Shown here in pieces: positions 31,605-42,106 of a stretch of DNA of 64,000 nt. Numbering within the stretch: position 1 is the stretch's first letter; each line of letters opens with the position of its first letter. The notes beneath the pieces were generated by a model. The model worked only from the letters and a program-made list of their open reading frames with translations. It made no database searches and was not told the origin of the DNA. The translations under genes and the position numbers were made by a program. The DNA lies in assembly GCA_963728565.1 (NCBI GenBank), contig CAVSLC010000010.1, positions 267,978 to 331,977 of the forward strand. The letters run 5' to 3'. Source of the stretch: an uncultured delta proteobacterium (lineage in GTDB: Bacteria; Desulfobacterota; Binatia; UBA9968).

Positions 31605-32688
31605 CCGCTTGCTGAAAATTCTGCACATCGATCCTGAAAAAAATTGGGGAGGTGGGGAGGCGCAGGTGGTCGGTCTTCTGCAAAATCTTTCGCGCTGGGG
31701 CCACCGCAATGATCTTGCGACGCCTGCTGATGGTGAGTTATTTCAGCGCTCTATCGCGGGTGTCCGAAAAATTCCTCTTACCGTCCGCAACGATCTGGAT
31801 ATAAGAGCAGTTCCCGCGCTGCGGCGTCTCATTCGGCAGGAAAGATACGACATCGTCCATTTCCATACAAAGAGAGCGCATGCGCTCTCTTTGTGGCTGC
31901 CCCGAGGCGAGCGCAGGCCGAAGTACATTGTAACGCGACGCATGGACTACCCCGAGCCGAAAAATTTTTACACTCGGTACCTTTATAATCGCCGGGTAGA
32001 TGGGGTTGTCGCCATTTCTCGTTCGGTTCTGGATTGTTTGTCGGAGGCGGGTGTCAATGGTCGCTCCATTCGTTTGATCTATAGCGGCATCGATCCACAG
32101 CCGTTCAGAGACCTGCCAAGCGACGAGCAGCGCGCCAACGATTCAGCAGTCATTGCAATGCTTGCGGTTTTGGAAGAGCGAAAAGGACATCGGTTCCTGT
32201 TGGATGCGGCGCGAGTGCTTAAAGATCGGGGTCGAAGAATTCGATATGTATTCGCCGGCGACGGCTCTCAAAAAGGTCAGCTTCAAAGGATGGTGCAGAC
32301 ATTAGGATTGCGAGAGGAAGTATCTTTTGTTGGCTTCGTTAAAGATGTTCCGAAATTTTTGTCTTCAATCGACGTTCTGGTGCTGCCTTCATTGTATGAA
32401 GGCTTAGGCGTGGCGGCGCTTGAAGGAATGGCTGCGGGAAAGCCGGTGGTAGCAACTCGGGTCGGCGGCCTAGCCGAATCGATTGTCGATGGCGAGACCG
32501 GATTCTTGGTGCCGCCCCGAGATGGCGTTGCGCTTGCGGATGCTATCGAAAGACTAGTTGCCGATCCCTCCATGGCACGAGCAATGGGACGGAAAGGGGC
32601 AGCGCGGGTTTTGAGTAATTTCACCATCGAGCAGATGGCAAGCCAGAACGAAGCCTTTTACTACGCATTGCTCGACGGCACGGCATAA
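31585..32688 (+). CDS. GT4 glycosyltransferase
   Basis: WGGGEAQ, RKGH, PSLYEGLG.A.LE.MA.GKPVV and GETGFLV. Confidence 0.88.
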   Translation: MGGSGHSRLLKILHIDPEKNWGGGEAQVVGLLQNLSRWGHRNDLATPADGELFQRSIAGVRKIPLTVRNDLDIRAVPALRRLIRQERYDIVHFHTKRAHALSLWLPRGERRPKYIVTRRMDYPEPKNFYTRYLYNRRVDGVVAISRSVLDCLSEAGVNGRSIRLIYSGIDPQPFRDLPSDEQRANDSAVIAMLAVLEERKGHRFLLDAARVLKDRGRRIRYVFAGDGSQKGQLQRMVQTLGLREEVSFVGFVKDVPKFLSSIDVLVLPSLYEGLGVAALEGMAAGKPVVATRVGGLAESIVDGETGFLVPPRDGVALADAIERLVADPSMARAMGRKGAARVLSNFTIEQMASQNEAFYYALLDGTA

Positions 32689-32711
32689 AGGTGCCGGAGA
32701 GAGACCCGTCC

Positions 32712-33704
32712 ATGTTTGACAGCAAGCGATTAGCGGAGATCTTAAACAACTTTCGCAAAATACATTTACTTGTGGTCGGCGATCTCATGCTCGATCGCTT
32801 CATTTGGGGCGAGGTTGAGAGGCTTTCTCCCGAAGCGCCGGTGCCGGTATTGCGGGTATGTTCAGAGAGTTCGCGTCTGGGTGGCGCTGCCAACGTGGTC
32901 CACAACGTCAGAAGTTTGGGGGCGCAGGTGTCCGCGTGCGGGGTGGTGGGCGCGGACGGGGCGGGTAAAACGTTAGTCGCTGATCTCCAGCGCATTGGCG
33001 CATCCACTAGCGGGGTATTTGCCGATCGAGAGGTTAACAGCATTCAAAAAACACGAATCATCGCTCGTCCAAGTCATCAGCAAATCGTTCGTTTGGACCG
33101 TGAAAATCACACCGCAATCAGCGATGCGACTCTCGCGAAAATCTGCCGGTTCATCATGAGGAAAGCGAGCCGCTTCGATGGAATCCTGGTGTCGGATTAC
33201 GGTAAGGGAGTCATTCACCCAGAGTTGCTGAATTGTCTCGCCAGTCTCGCCGCAAACAAAAATATTCAGCTCGTTATCGACCCGAAGAGGGAAAACTATG
33301 AGCGCTATCAACACGCATCTTTGATAACGCCCAACAAAGACGAAGCTAGCGCTGCATCGGGCGTAACCATTCGTGATGACCAGACCTTGACGATGGCTGG
33401 ACAGCGCTTGCTACAGATGTGGCGCGCAAAAGCAGTTCTCATCACCCGGGGCCCGGAAGGAATGAGTCTTTTTAGGCGGCGCCAACCCGCGCAACATTTT
33501 CCAACTCAACCGCGCGAGGTTTTCGACGTCACCGGAGCCGGCGACACGGTAGTGGCAGTTTGCGCGCTGGCGCTGGCTGCCGGCGCCCGTTACGAAGAGG
33601 CGGCGGTGCTGGCTAATCATGCCGCTGGCTTGGTCGGTGATGAAGTCGGCACAGTCGCAGTGCCGTTGGCCAGACTCACTCGGATCATAAAGGACCTGCC
33701 ATGA
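32712..33704 (+). CDS. rfaE1: D-glycero-beta-D-manno-heptose-7-phosphate kinase (HldA/RfaE1)
   Basis: VGDLMLD, SPEAPVPV, GGAANV, SDYGKG and DVTGAGDT; no adenylyltransferase domain. Confidence 0.92.
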   Translation: MFDSKRLAEILNNFRKIHLLVVGDLMLDRFIWGEVERLSPEAPVPVLRVCSESSRLGGAANVVHNVRSLGAQVSACGVVGADGAGKTLVADLQRIGASTSGVFADREVNSIQKTRIIARPSHQQIVRLDRENHTAISDATLAKICRFIMRKASRFDGILVSDYGKGVIHPELLNCLASLAANKNIQLVIDPKRENYERYQHASLITPNKDEASAASGVTIRDDQTLTMAGQRLLQMWRAKAVLITRGPEGMSLFRRRQPAQHFPTQPREVFDVTGAGDTVVAVCALALAAGARYEEAAVLANHAAGLVGDEVGTVAVPLARLTRIIKDLP

Positions 33705-34568
33705 AGAGCATGACGGGTTATGGCGAAGCTTCGCATCAGGACAAGCATGCGAAGATCACCGTCCAGGTGAGAAGCTTGAATCATAGACATCTCGATCTTC
33801 AGCTAAGAGTGCCCCGCGAATATCTCGGCTTTCGAAGAGGAGATCCGCAAGAGCTTGCGGGAAACCGTCAGCCGCGGACGCATCGAGCTTTTCATTAACA
33901 GAACGTCGACGCCGGGTCATGCGCGAGAGGTTGAGCTGGATGAAGAGCTGCTTGGCAAGTATCTGAAGGCGATCCAGCGCGCCAAGAACAAGTTTCACCT
34001 GAAAGGTGAAATCGGAGTTTCGATTTTCTCCAGCGTTCCCGATTTGCTACGTGTACGCGATACCGAAGTCAATCTGCGAATGGAAAAACAAGCGCTGTTC
34101 ACCGCGGTCCGATCGGCGCTTCAAAAGCTCGAAGATTCCCGCATCCGTGAAGGACGTCACTTGAGGATCGATATGCAGTCGCAGCTGCGGCACTTGAAGA
34201 GCGCTGCCAGCGACTTGGAAAAGCATGCCAGTCAGTTTGCTCCATCGATGACGAAAAGCTCGGCGGCAGCAAAGAGCGACGAAGCAACAACCAAGCTCGG
34301 CAATGAAGCCATAGACACAATCAGTGCAGTGTTCAAAGGCGACATCAACGAGGAGGTGGTGCGGCTTAAAACACATACAGCTGCGTTAGGCACGATTCTG
34401 CGGGCGTCCGGAGCCGTAGGAAAAAAGATCGATTTCATTCTCCAGGAGATTCAGCGGGAGCTCAATACCATCAGCGCGAAAGTCCCTGTCCTTGACGTGG
34501 TTCAGTTGGTGCTGCAGGGAAAGGAACGAGTCGAAAAAATTCGCGAACAGACGCAGAACGTCGAATGA
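33701..34568 (+). CDS. yicC: YicC/YloC family endoribonuclease; frameshift near 33830
   Basis: MKSMTGYG..RSLNHR.LD in one frame, and EEVVRL..GKKIDF..QE..RE.NT..IREQ.QNVE in the next. Confidence 0.88.
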
Positions 34569-35215
34569 AAACGAATCGGGTCATCAACAAACGCAAAGGC
34601 ATCGTCTTCATTCTGTCGGCGCCTTCAGGAACGGGTAAAACTACCGTGATCAGCGAAGTGTTGGAACGATTCCCGGATATTTCTCTCTCCGTCTCCTATA
34701 CCACGCGAGCGCCCCGAGCGGGAGAAGAGCATGGACGCGATTATCATTTCATCAGCCACGCCAGGTTTGTGGCGATGACGGCTAAAGGCGAATTCGCCGA
34801 ATCGGCCAGCGTTCATGATTTCTTTTATGGCACCCCGGCGCGGACCTTGAATCGCGCAACGACCAGTGGCAGGGACCTGTTCCTGGACATCGATGTGCAG
34901 GGCGCCCGGCAGATCAAAAGAAAATATCCTGAAGCGGTATCAATTTTCTTGCTGCCGCCGTCGTGGAGCGAACTGAAGCGGCGATTAGGCGGCCGTGCCA
35001 CGGATGACCGTGCGATCATCCGCCGGCGCTTGGCCAATGCCCGGCGTGAAATCCAGGATGTAATTCAGTACGATTACTATATAGTCAATAGCGAGATCGA
35101 AGAAGCTGTGGGGACCTTGGAAGCGATTATTTTGGCCGAAAGGCAAAAGATTTCAAGGGTCACAGCTTGGGGAATCGCTCCTTTAAGGAGGCAAGCGAAA
35201 GTTCGTAACGTATGA
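34565..35215 (+). CDS. gmk: Guanylate kinase
   Basis: SAPSGTGKTT, SYTTR.PR.GE, YGT and LDIDVQGA. Confidence 0.95.
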   Translation: MKTNRVINKRKGIVFILSAPSGTGKTTVISEVLERFPDISLSVSYTTRAPRAGEEHGRDYHFISHARFVAMTAKGEFAESASVHDFFYGTPARTLNRATTSGRDLFLDIDVQGARQIKRKYPEAVSIFLLPPSWSELKRRLGGRATDDRAIIRRRLANARREIQDVIQYDYYIVNSEIEEAVGTLEAIILAERQKISRVTAWGIAPLRRQAKVRNV

Positions 35216-37425
35216 GTAAGGAAATCAAAATTGGCGACGTGATCGAGAAGGTCCGGTCGTATCATCCCGCCGCTGACGTGGAGGTCATCCGCAAGGCCTA
35301 CGAATTCTCCGCCAAAGTTCATCAGGGGCAGAAAAGAGCCTCAGGTGAGCCTTATTTAATTCACCCTCTGGCCGTAGCCAGCATCATCAGCGACTTGAAG
35401 CTCGATGAGCCCAGCATCGTCGGTGGTTTGCTGCATGACACGGTCGAGGATACCTTGACGACCCTCGATGAACTCAAGAGCATCTTCGGCAAGGAAATTA
35501 CGGCTCTGGTTGACGGCGTCACCAAACTGAGCCGGACCAACTTTAGCAGCCGCGAAGAGAAGCAAGCGGAGAACTTTCGCAAGATGCTCGGCGCCATGGG
35601 GAAGGATGTTCGGGTCATTCTCATCAAGCTCGCCGACCGAGTTCACAACATGCGCACGCTCGATCACATGCCGCCTGACAAGCAGATCCTGACCGCCCAA
35701 GAAAGTCTGGATATCTATGCGCCGATGGCGCATCGACTGGGCATCGCCTGGATCAAAACCGAACTGGAGGACTTGTCGCTCAAGTACCTGCATCCCGAGA
35801 TCTATCATCAGCTTAAGCGCAATGTCGCAAGGAAGAAAACCGACCGGGAAAAATATATCGAGGAAGTGATCTCAGTCATTGCGCGCAAACTCGAGTCCGA
35901 AGGGATCGAGGCCGATGTGACCGGCAGGCCCAAACACTTCTTCAGTATTTACCAGAAGATGGAGAGTCAGAATTTGCTCTACGATCAAATCTACGATCTG
36001 GTCGGGTTTCGGGTTCTAGTGGACACTCCGAGAGAAGCTTACGAAGCATTGGGTATCATCCATTCGCATTGGCGTCCCGTTTCAGGGCGGTTTAAAGACT
36101 ATATCGCGGTGCCTAAGCCGAATATGTATCAATCGCTGCACACCAGTGTGATCGGTCCATACGGTGAAAGAATGGAAATTCAAATCCGAACCCACGAAAT
36201 GCATCGAGTGGCGGAAGAAGGCATCGCAGCGCACTGGCGCTATAAAGAAGGAGAAGATTTCCACGTCAGCGACATACAACGATACACCTGGCTGCGTCAG
36301 CTGCTGGAATGGCAACAGAATCTGCAGGATCCGCAGGAATTTCTGCATAGCTTGAAGGATGATCTTTTTTCCGAAGGGCTTTATGTTTTTACGCCCAAAG
36401 GTGATTTGCTCAACTTTCCGAAGGGCTCGACGGTTATCGATTTCGCTTACCGCATTCACTCCGACATAGGGCTGCACTGCTCCGGAGCCAGGGTCAACGG
36501 CCAACTGGTTTCGTTAAAGTACATTTTACGCAGCGGCGACACTGTCGAAATCATCACGACGCCTCAGCAGGTCCCGAGCCGGGACTGGTTGAAACTGGTC
36601 AAAACACCAAGAGCCAAATCCAAGATAAGAAATTGGCTTAAGGCGCAGCAGCGCGAGCGCAGCGTCGCCCTAGGGCGGGAAATTTTAGAGAGCGATCTGC
36701 ATCGGCATGGCATGGATTACGGAGTCTTGAGAACCCAGGGAAAGCTGCAGGTTTTGCCCAAAGAGCTTGGCCTGAAGGATGAGGAGGCATTACTGGCGGC
36801 CCTGGGCTACGGCCGGATCACCGCGCGGCAGATTTTAGTAAAGCTTGTTCCACCGGAAAAACTCGAGCCCGCACACAAACAGCCTGAAAGTTCACTCGAA
36901 CGGCTCTTCCGCCTGGCATCGGGAAAAATCAAGCATCTCGGTATTCGCGTCAAAGGGATCGACGACGTGCTGGTTCGGTTCGCTTTGTGCTGCCATCCGC
37001 TACCCGGAGAACACATCGTCGGCTTTATAACCCGCGGCAGGGGCGTCACCGTTCATACCGTCGGCTGCCCGACCATTCTTGAGAGCGATCCCCACCGCAA
37101 AATTGAGGTTACCTGGGAAGAAAATGTTCAGGCGCCGCGGCCGGTGAAGATCGAAGTGAGTTGCGTGGATCAGCCCGGCCTGTTAGCCGCGATTAGCGCC
37201 GCGATCACCAGCGCCAAAGCCAATATCGCCCGCGCTCAGATTCGAACGTTCACGGGACAAAAAGCAGTGAACACCTTCGAGGTCATGATCAAGAGCTCCG
37301 AGCACCTAAAACAGGTGCTGCAGAATATCTTGAAAGTTAAAGGAGTCTATAAAGCGGTTCGCGCGCGCGGTCGTACTGGCGGTACGCCCGAAAAAGATCA
37401 CGCAGCCAAAGCAGAAGTTCAGTAA
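35212..37425 (+). CDS. rel: Bifunctional (p)ppGpp synthetase/hydrolase Rel
   Basis: Intact HD hydrolase motif (LLHDTVED), RFKDY and YQSLHT synthetase motifs, TGS and ACT domains. Confidence 0.95.
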   Translation: MSKEIKIGDVIEKVRSYHPAADVEVIRKAYEFSAKVHQGQKRASGEPYLIHPLAVASIISDLKLDEPSIVGGLLHDTVEDTLTTLDELKSIFGKEITALVDGVTKLSRTNFSSREEKQAENFRKMLGAMGKDVRVILIKLADRVHNMRTLDHMPPDKQILTAQESLDIYAPMAHRLGIAWIKTELEDLSLKYLHPEIYHQLKRNVARKKTDREKYIEEVISVIARKLESEGIEADVTGRPKHFFSIYQKMESQNLLYDQIYDLVGFRVLVDTPREAYEALGIIHSHWRPVSGRFKDYIAVPKPNMYQSLHTSVIGPYGERMEIQIRTHEMHRVAEEGIAAHWRYKEGEDFHVSDIQRYTWLRQLLEWQQNLQDPQEFLHSLKDDLFSEGLYVFTPKGDLLNFPKGSTVIDFAYRIHSDIGLHCSGARVNGQLVSLKYILRSGDTVEIITTPQQVPSRDWLKLVKTPRAKSKIRNWLKAQQRERSVALGREILESDLHRHGMDYGVLRTQGKLQVLPKELGLKDEEALLAALGYGRITARQILVKLVPPEKLEPAHKQPESSLERLFRLASGKIKHLGIRVKGIDDVLVRFALCCHPLPGEHIVGFITRGRGVTVHTVGCPTILESDPHRKIEVTWEENVQAPRPVKIEVSCVDQPGLLAAISAAITSAKANIARAQIRTFTGQKAVNTFEVMIKSSEHLKQVLQNILKVKGVYKAVRARGRTGGTPEKDHAAKAEVQ

Positions 37426-37443
37426 GGCCCGTATGTTTAAAAG

Positions 37444-37635
37444 TCAGGCGACTTTTTGAACCCGGCCTGAATGGATGCAATCGGTGCATACCAATGCGCG
37501 TTTAACTCGACCGTCAAAGTTGCCCTTGACCCGCTGCAAGTTCGGACGCCAGGTGCGCTTGGTTTTGTTGTTGGCGTGGCTGACACTGTTTCCGACCGAG
37601 CGACCTTTGCCGCATAGGGAGCAAATTCTAGCCAT
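37444..37635 (-). CDS. rpmB: 50S ribosomal protein L28
   Basis: [31 protein letters not shown]. Confidence 0.96.
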   Translation of the reverse strand: MARICSLCGKGRSVGNSVSHANNKTKRTWRPNLQRVKGNFDGRVKRALVCTDCIHSGRVQKVA

Positions 37636-38113
37636 CTGAGTTCTTTATCCTCTCGATTATTTCTGTTGTTGAAAAACCTTTCATATACGGAACGACCACT
37701 ACTCTACCGCCTGCTTCTTCTACCATGTCCGCGCCGATAATCTTCTCGGTGTTCCAATCCCCGCCTTTAACCAGCACATCGGGCCGTATGGCCGAGATCA
37801 GATTATGAGGGTCCGGCTCGTTAAATAGAACAACGAAGTCGACCATTTCCATCGCGCCTAATAACTCGCAGCGGTCCAATTCCGGCAGCACCGGACGCGT
37901 GGGTCCCTTGATCTGCTTGATCGACTGATCGCTGTTGATGCCGACGATCAGCAAATCTGCGCAAGCTCTTGCTGCCCTTAAAACATGCACATGTCCTCGG
38001 TGAAGCAAATCGAAGCACCCATTGGTGAAAGCTACTTTCTTGCCGTTGGTGCGCGCGCCGACGACGATTGCCTTGACCTCATCAAGGCTTTTGAGCTTTC
38101 CCGACACACACAT
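37628..38113 (-). CDS. rfaE2: Heptose 1-phosphate adenylyltransferase (HldC/RfaE2)
   Basis: [27 protein letters not shown] and STT.II. Confidence 0.93.
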   Translation of the reverse strand: MCVSGKLKSLDEVKAIVVGARTNGKKVAFTNGCFDLLHRGHVHVLRAARACADLLIVGINSDQSIKQIKGPTRPVLPELDRCELLGAMEMVDFVVLFNEPDPHNLISAIRPDVLVKGGDWNTEKIIGADMVEEAGGRVVVVPYMKGFSTTEIIERIKNSDG

Positions 38114-38177
38114 TGGGTAGCATGATCAGCCGTTGTTTTCAATTATAACTACTCGTGATTTCGACGTTATCGACTTC

Positions 38178-38206
38178 TTGACCGCTCTGGCAAATTTGGT
38201 TAAGGT
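38178..38206 (+). promoter_or_regulatory. Candidate sigma70 promoter for the UbiD gene
   Basis: TTGACC-17 nt-TAAGGT upstream of the AGGAGG RBS. Confidence 0.45.
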
Positions 38207-38266
38207 CTGAGTTGCAAGCCCAACGTCTTCATAGCTTTGTCTGCCGAGAAAACTTAGGAGGTATCA

Positions 38267-39706
38267 ATGGAATATCAGGATCTTAGGGATTGGATCCAAA
38301 TTGCGGATGAAATGGGGGAACTCAAGACCCTCAAGGGTTGCGACTGGAACCTTGAGATCGGCGCCATCACCGAGCTCGTGGCCCACAAAGAAGACGGCCC
38401 GGCGGTGCTTTTCGAAGACATCAAAGGTTATCCCAAGGGCTACCGCGTACTTTCCAACTCGCTTTCGTCACGCAAGCGGCTGGCGCTCACACTAGGGCTT
38501 CCCCCGGGCGAGACCAAGATGGATTTCGTCAAAATCTGGAAAGACAATTACAAAAGCATCAAGCCGGTCCCGGCAAAGTTTGTTAAGAAAAGCGCGCTGT
38601 TCGATAACGTCTACAAGGACGGCGATATCGACATGTTTAAATTTCCGACGCCATTTTGGCATGACAAAGACGGCGGTCGTTATATCGGCACTGGCAGCGT
38701 CGACATTACGCGCGATCCCGATGAGGGCTGGGTCAATTACGGCACTTACCGGGTGATGATCCACGACAAGAACAAGTTGGGATTTTACATCTCGCCCGGC
38801 AAGCACGGCCGCATTCAGCGGGAAAAGTACGCCGCCAACGGCAAGCCATTCAAGATCGCCATGTCGTTCGGGCATGATCCGCTAACTTTTCTCGCCGGCA
38901 GCATCGAAGTTCCGTACGGTGTGCCTGAGTATGAGTTTATTGGCGGGTTGCGCGGCGAACCCTTCGAAATGATCGAAGGCGAGTATTCCGGGCTGCCAAT
39001 TCCGGCCAACGCCGAGATCGTGGTCGAGGGGGACGTTCATTTCGATAATCCGACGGTAGAAGGGCCGTTCGGCGAGTGGACCGGCTACTATGCCAGCGCG
39101 GAACGCGCCGAACCGTGGGTCGAGGTAAAGCGGCTTTATCATCGCAACGACCCGATCATTCTCGGTTCGCCTCCGGGGCGACCGCCCGCGGAGTTGGGAT
39201 GGTACCGTTCGTACCTGCGGTCGGCTCTCATCTGGGATGAAATGGAAAAAGCCGGCGTGCCGGATGTAAAGGGTGTTTGGCTCACAGTTTCCGGCGGCAG
39301 CCGACTGATGATGTGTGTTTCCATCAAGCAGCGCTATCCGGGCCATGCCAAACAGGCTGCCGTCATTGCATCGCAGTGTCATGCCGGCGCGTATCTTGGC
39401 CGCTTCGTCGTGGTCGTCGATGACGATATCGATCCATCGAACACGGACGACATGATCTGGGCGATGTCGACTCGTTGCGAACCCGAGCAAGACATCGATA
39501 TCCTGCGGCGCTGTTGGAGCGGCCCGCTCGATCCGGTGATTCACCCGACCAAGAAAGGCTTTAACTCTCGCGCAATCATCGATGCCACTCGACCCTATGA
39601 GTGGATGAAAGATTTCCCGCCGGTTGCCGAGTCGAGTAAGGAAGTTCTGGATGCGACGGCTAAGAAGTGGGGCGCCGAGCTGTTCAGCACCAACGGCAAG
39701 AAATAG
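38267..39706 (+). CDS. UbiD-family (prFMN-dependent) decarboxylase
   Basis: DLRDWI, GPAVLFE, DGGRYIGT, NYGTYR, EGPFGEWTGYY and VVVDDDID. Confidence 0.93.
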   Translation: MEYQDLRDWIQIADEMGELKTLKGCDWNLEIGAITELVAHKEDGPAVLFEDIKGYPKGYRVLSNSLSSRKRLALTLGLPPGETKMDFVKIWKDNYKSIKPVPAKFVKKSALFDNVYKDGDIDMFKFPTPFWHDKDGGRYIGTGSVDITRDPDEGWVNYGTYRVMIHDKNKLGFYISPGKHGRIQREKYAANGKPFKIAMSFGHDPLTFLAGSIEVPYGVPEYEFIGGLRGEPFEMIEGEYSGLPIPANAEIVVEGDVHFDNPTVEGPFGEWTGYYASAERAEPWVEVKRLYHRNDPIILGSPPGRPPAELGWYRSYLRSALIWDEMEKAGVPDVKGVWLTVSGGSRLMMCVSIKQRYPGHAKQAAVIASQCHAGAYLGRFVVVVDDDIDPSNTDDMIWAMSTRCEPEQDIDILRRCWSGPLDPVIHPTKKGFNSRAIIDATRPYEWMKDFPPVAESSKEVLDATAKKWGAELFSTNGKK

Positions 39707-39727
39707 CAGCTAAATACTTCATCGAAG

Positions 39728-39770
39728 AGCAAGGGGCAAGTCGATTCATCGACTTGCCCCTTGCTGTTTT
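39728..39770 (+). terminator. Rho-independent terminator
   Basis: Perfect 17-bp stem AGCAAGGGGCAAGTCGA / TCGACTTGCCCCTTGCT with TTCA loop, followed by GTTTT. Confidence 0.85.
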
Positions 39771-40008
39771 GTGTTGCTGCTTTCGTGGATGTCCCTGCCG
39801 CAGGACGACTGGATGGGCTTTCATTCCGCACGCATCCCTGTCGCAGCCGATGCCGCATAGCGGACAAGCCCGGGGGCTTCGACAGGTACGGCTTAGATTC
39901 CAGCTTGCTTACATTTCGTCGCCGGTGTGGTGACCGCGCGGCCATGTTGAGTGTCAGCAGTGATGTGGCGGTCAGCGGCGTAAAGCCATTGCGCCCGCGT
40001 CGCATGCT

Positions 40009-40359
40009 TTAACGGTGCGGTCTGAGCTGCTGGATTTCGTCCGCCGTTATCCTGCGTCTTGCGGTAGCGAGCGCGATTTCCGCTCTTTTCTCGGTGAGGT
40101 AAACCAGATGCTCGACTTCGTTGGCATCCTTTTCCTCGGCCCAAACGCGTTCAGCTTCTTCGAGAGTCGAACGGGTTTTTTCCAAAGCAACCGCGGCGCG
40201 CCCGGCGACTGCCGGGTCTCGCCGCACTTTTTCATAGGCATCTCGTGCTCGATCCAATGCCGGATTATGCACTGCGCCGCATGAGCCGGAAAGAATGGCC
40301 AGCACCGACAGCGTCGCTGCCCTTGCTCTCCAGTTGTGCACAGTATTCTTCGGACTCAT
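40009..40359 (-). CDS. DUF4398-like putative lipoprotein without an OmpA domain
   Basis: Lipobox-like LSGSC; L..AR.AY, A.VAL..A..L..AE and VEHL.YL...RAEIA pattern. Confidence 0.6.
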   Translation of the reverse strand: MSPKNTVHNWRARAATLSVLAILSGSCGAVHNPALDRARDAYEKVRRDPAVAGRAAVALEKTRSTLEEAERVWAEEKDANEVEHLVYLTEKRAEIALATARRRITADEIQQLRPHR

Positions 40360-40835
40360 TATCGATTCCTTGACGTTTCCGTGGCCGATCCGCGCATTGC
40401 GTCGCCTTCGAGTTCCCGGCGAAGTACGTCGCCGCGCCGGCGAATGTAATCCGCAGCCAAGCGTGTAATCTCGGCTTCAGCCTTTGCTTCGGCAAGCTCC
40501 GCTTCTACGTCAGCGGCTTCGGCGAGACGGCGAGATTCGGTATTCCTCCCGGCAGCCATCGCTTTTCTGGCCTGTTCCAGTTTTTCTTTGGCTCTTTGCA
40601 GCTCCATCGGAGCGAGTTCGTCCGCCCGGGCCTCGGCAGCCGTGCGCAAGCTGAGTTCGGCCTTTGAAAAGGCTCCAACCGTGAGCATAGCCGTGCGTTC
40701 CGAGTTCAGAGGCAAGATGCTGCAGCCGAAAGATAGAAATGTCGCTGAAAAGATCAGGCATATGACGATCCAGAAGCGATGCTGTGCTTTTGCGCGCGGC
40801 AACACGCGCAAGTTGCTGTAAACGATCATGCCCAT
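40359..40835 (-). CDS. DUF4398 domain putative lipoprotein
   Basis: LSFGC lipobox; AP.EL..A.EKL..A..AM and RRLAE.A.V.AELAEAKA. Confidence 0.7.
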   Translation of the reverse strand: MGMIVYSNLRVLPRAKAQHRFWIVICLIFSATFLSFGCSILPLNSERTAMLTVGAFSKAELSLRTAAEARADELAPMELQRAKEKLEQARKAMAAGRNTESRRLAEAADVEAELAEAKAEAEITRLAADYIRRRGDVLRRELEGDAMRGSATETSRNR

Positions 40836-41344
40836 CGGTCTCCTTTCAAGGTTGTTTATTTAGCCGCCAAGCACGAACTTGCTAGGCGAAAACGCGCAAT
40901 CCCCCTGATGCAAAATTGTATAGCGCTGAACATTAACTACAAGACTTGGGATAGGGTTAAAGTCGAATTACTTGCGACGACCAAATCGAGGATAGGGAGA
41001 CCGGTTTAATGCGTCTGCGAACGCTTTGATCATGCTGATTTATGAGGTGAAGCGCAGAAAAGTTTTGGTACCACAAAAATTACGGGTTCGATGGCATTTT
41101 TCAGGCCCGTGTTTCGCCGGGAGATGAGCGACAGAAAAATCTGTGAATAGAACCGCAGTTTTATTTCTCTTCGTCCGTGCACATATCGGCTTCAACGAAG
41201 TATGACGTACCGCAATGTACGCAACACTAGCGCAAGTATATTCCGCCAGATATGTTGAGTTAGAACGCTTGCAATCGCCGGCCGCGAGCCGTGTAGCTAA
41301 ACTCTACTCTCCCTTGGGACTTAGATTAAGAAAGAGGAGCGCGC

Positions 41345-42106
41345 ATGTTTCCTTATCGCGATGAAAACGAGACTCAACGCACAGCGATCGTAACGCTGAC
41401 GCTGATTGCGCTAAATGTGTTTGCCTGGCTGTTCGTTCAAGGGGCTGGTAGCACGCTGGCGCTGGCGCGCTCGGTATGCGAGCTTGGGCTGATACCCGGA
41501 GAACTGACGGGGTCGATCGCTCCCGGTACGCAATTTCCCATGGGGGAAGGGATTGCCTGCGCTACTGATCCCGGCCGTCAGCTCTCCCATGTCTTGACGC
41601 ACATGTTCTTGCATGGCTCGTGGATGCATTTGTTGGGGAACATGTGGTTCTTGTGGCTATTCGGCAATAATGTCGAAGATTCCATGGGACGATTGCGGTT
41701 TATCGTGTTCTATCTTCTGTGCGGTTTGACGGCTGCAACCGCCCAGATTATCACCAGCCCCGACTCGGCGATTCCAATGGTTGGCGCGTCCGGAGCTATC
41801 AGCGGAGTCATGGGCGGTTACCTGCTGCTTTATCCGAGAGTGCGCGTCTATACATTGCTGGTCCTTGGTTTCTTCATTACCTCAATGGCATTGCCGGCCT
41901 GGGTGATGCTCGGTTACTGGTTTCTGATTCAGTTCGTTAGCGGCTGGGTTTCTTTCGGTGGAGAGGCAGGCGGCGTCGCTTTCTGGGCTCACGTCGGTGG
42001 ATTCGTAGCCGGAATTGTGCTCGTGAAACTGTTTGCGCGCTCGGATTATGTGGCTGAGCATAAGGCCCATCACTGGCGGCCGCGCCGAGTTATGAATAGT
42101 TGGTGA
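41345..42106 (+). CDS. Rhomboid intramembrane serine protease
   Basis: MFLHGSWMHLLGNM, VGASGAI (catalytic Ser) and AFWAHVGGF (catalytic His). Confidence 0.94.
   Translation: MFPYRDENETQRTAIVTLTLIALNVFAWLFVQGAGSTLALARSVCELGLIPGELTGSIAPGTQFPMGEGIACATDPGRQLSHVLTHMFLHGSWMHLLGNMWFLWLFGNNVEDSMGRLRFIVFYLLCGLTAATAQIITSPDSAIPMVGASGAISGVMGGYLLLYPRVRVYTLLVLGFFITSMALPAWVMLGYWFLIQFVSGWVSFGGEAGGVAFWAHVGGFVAGIVLVKLFARSDYVAEHKAHHWRPRRVMNSW

Noticed and set aside
40869-40883. Sigma54-like GCACGAACTTGC site
   Set aside because: It lacks the GG dinucleotide and the GG-N10-GC spacing.
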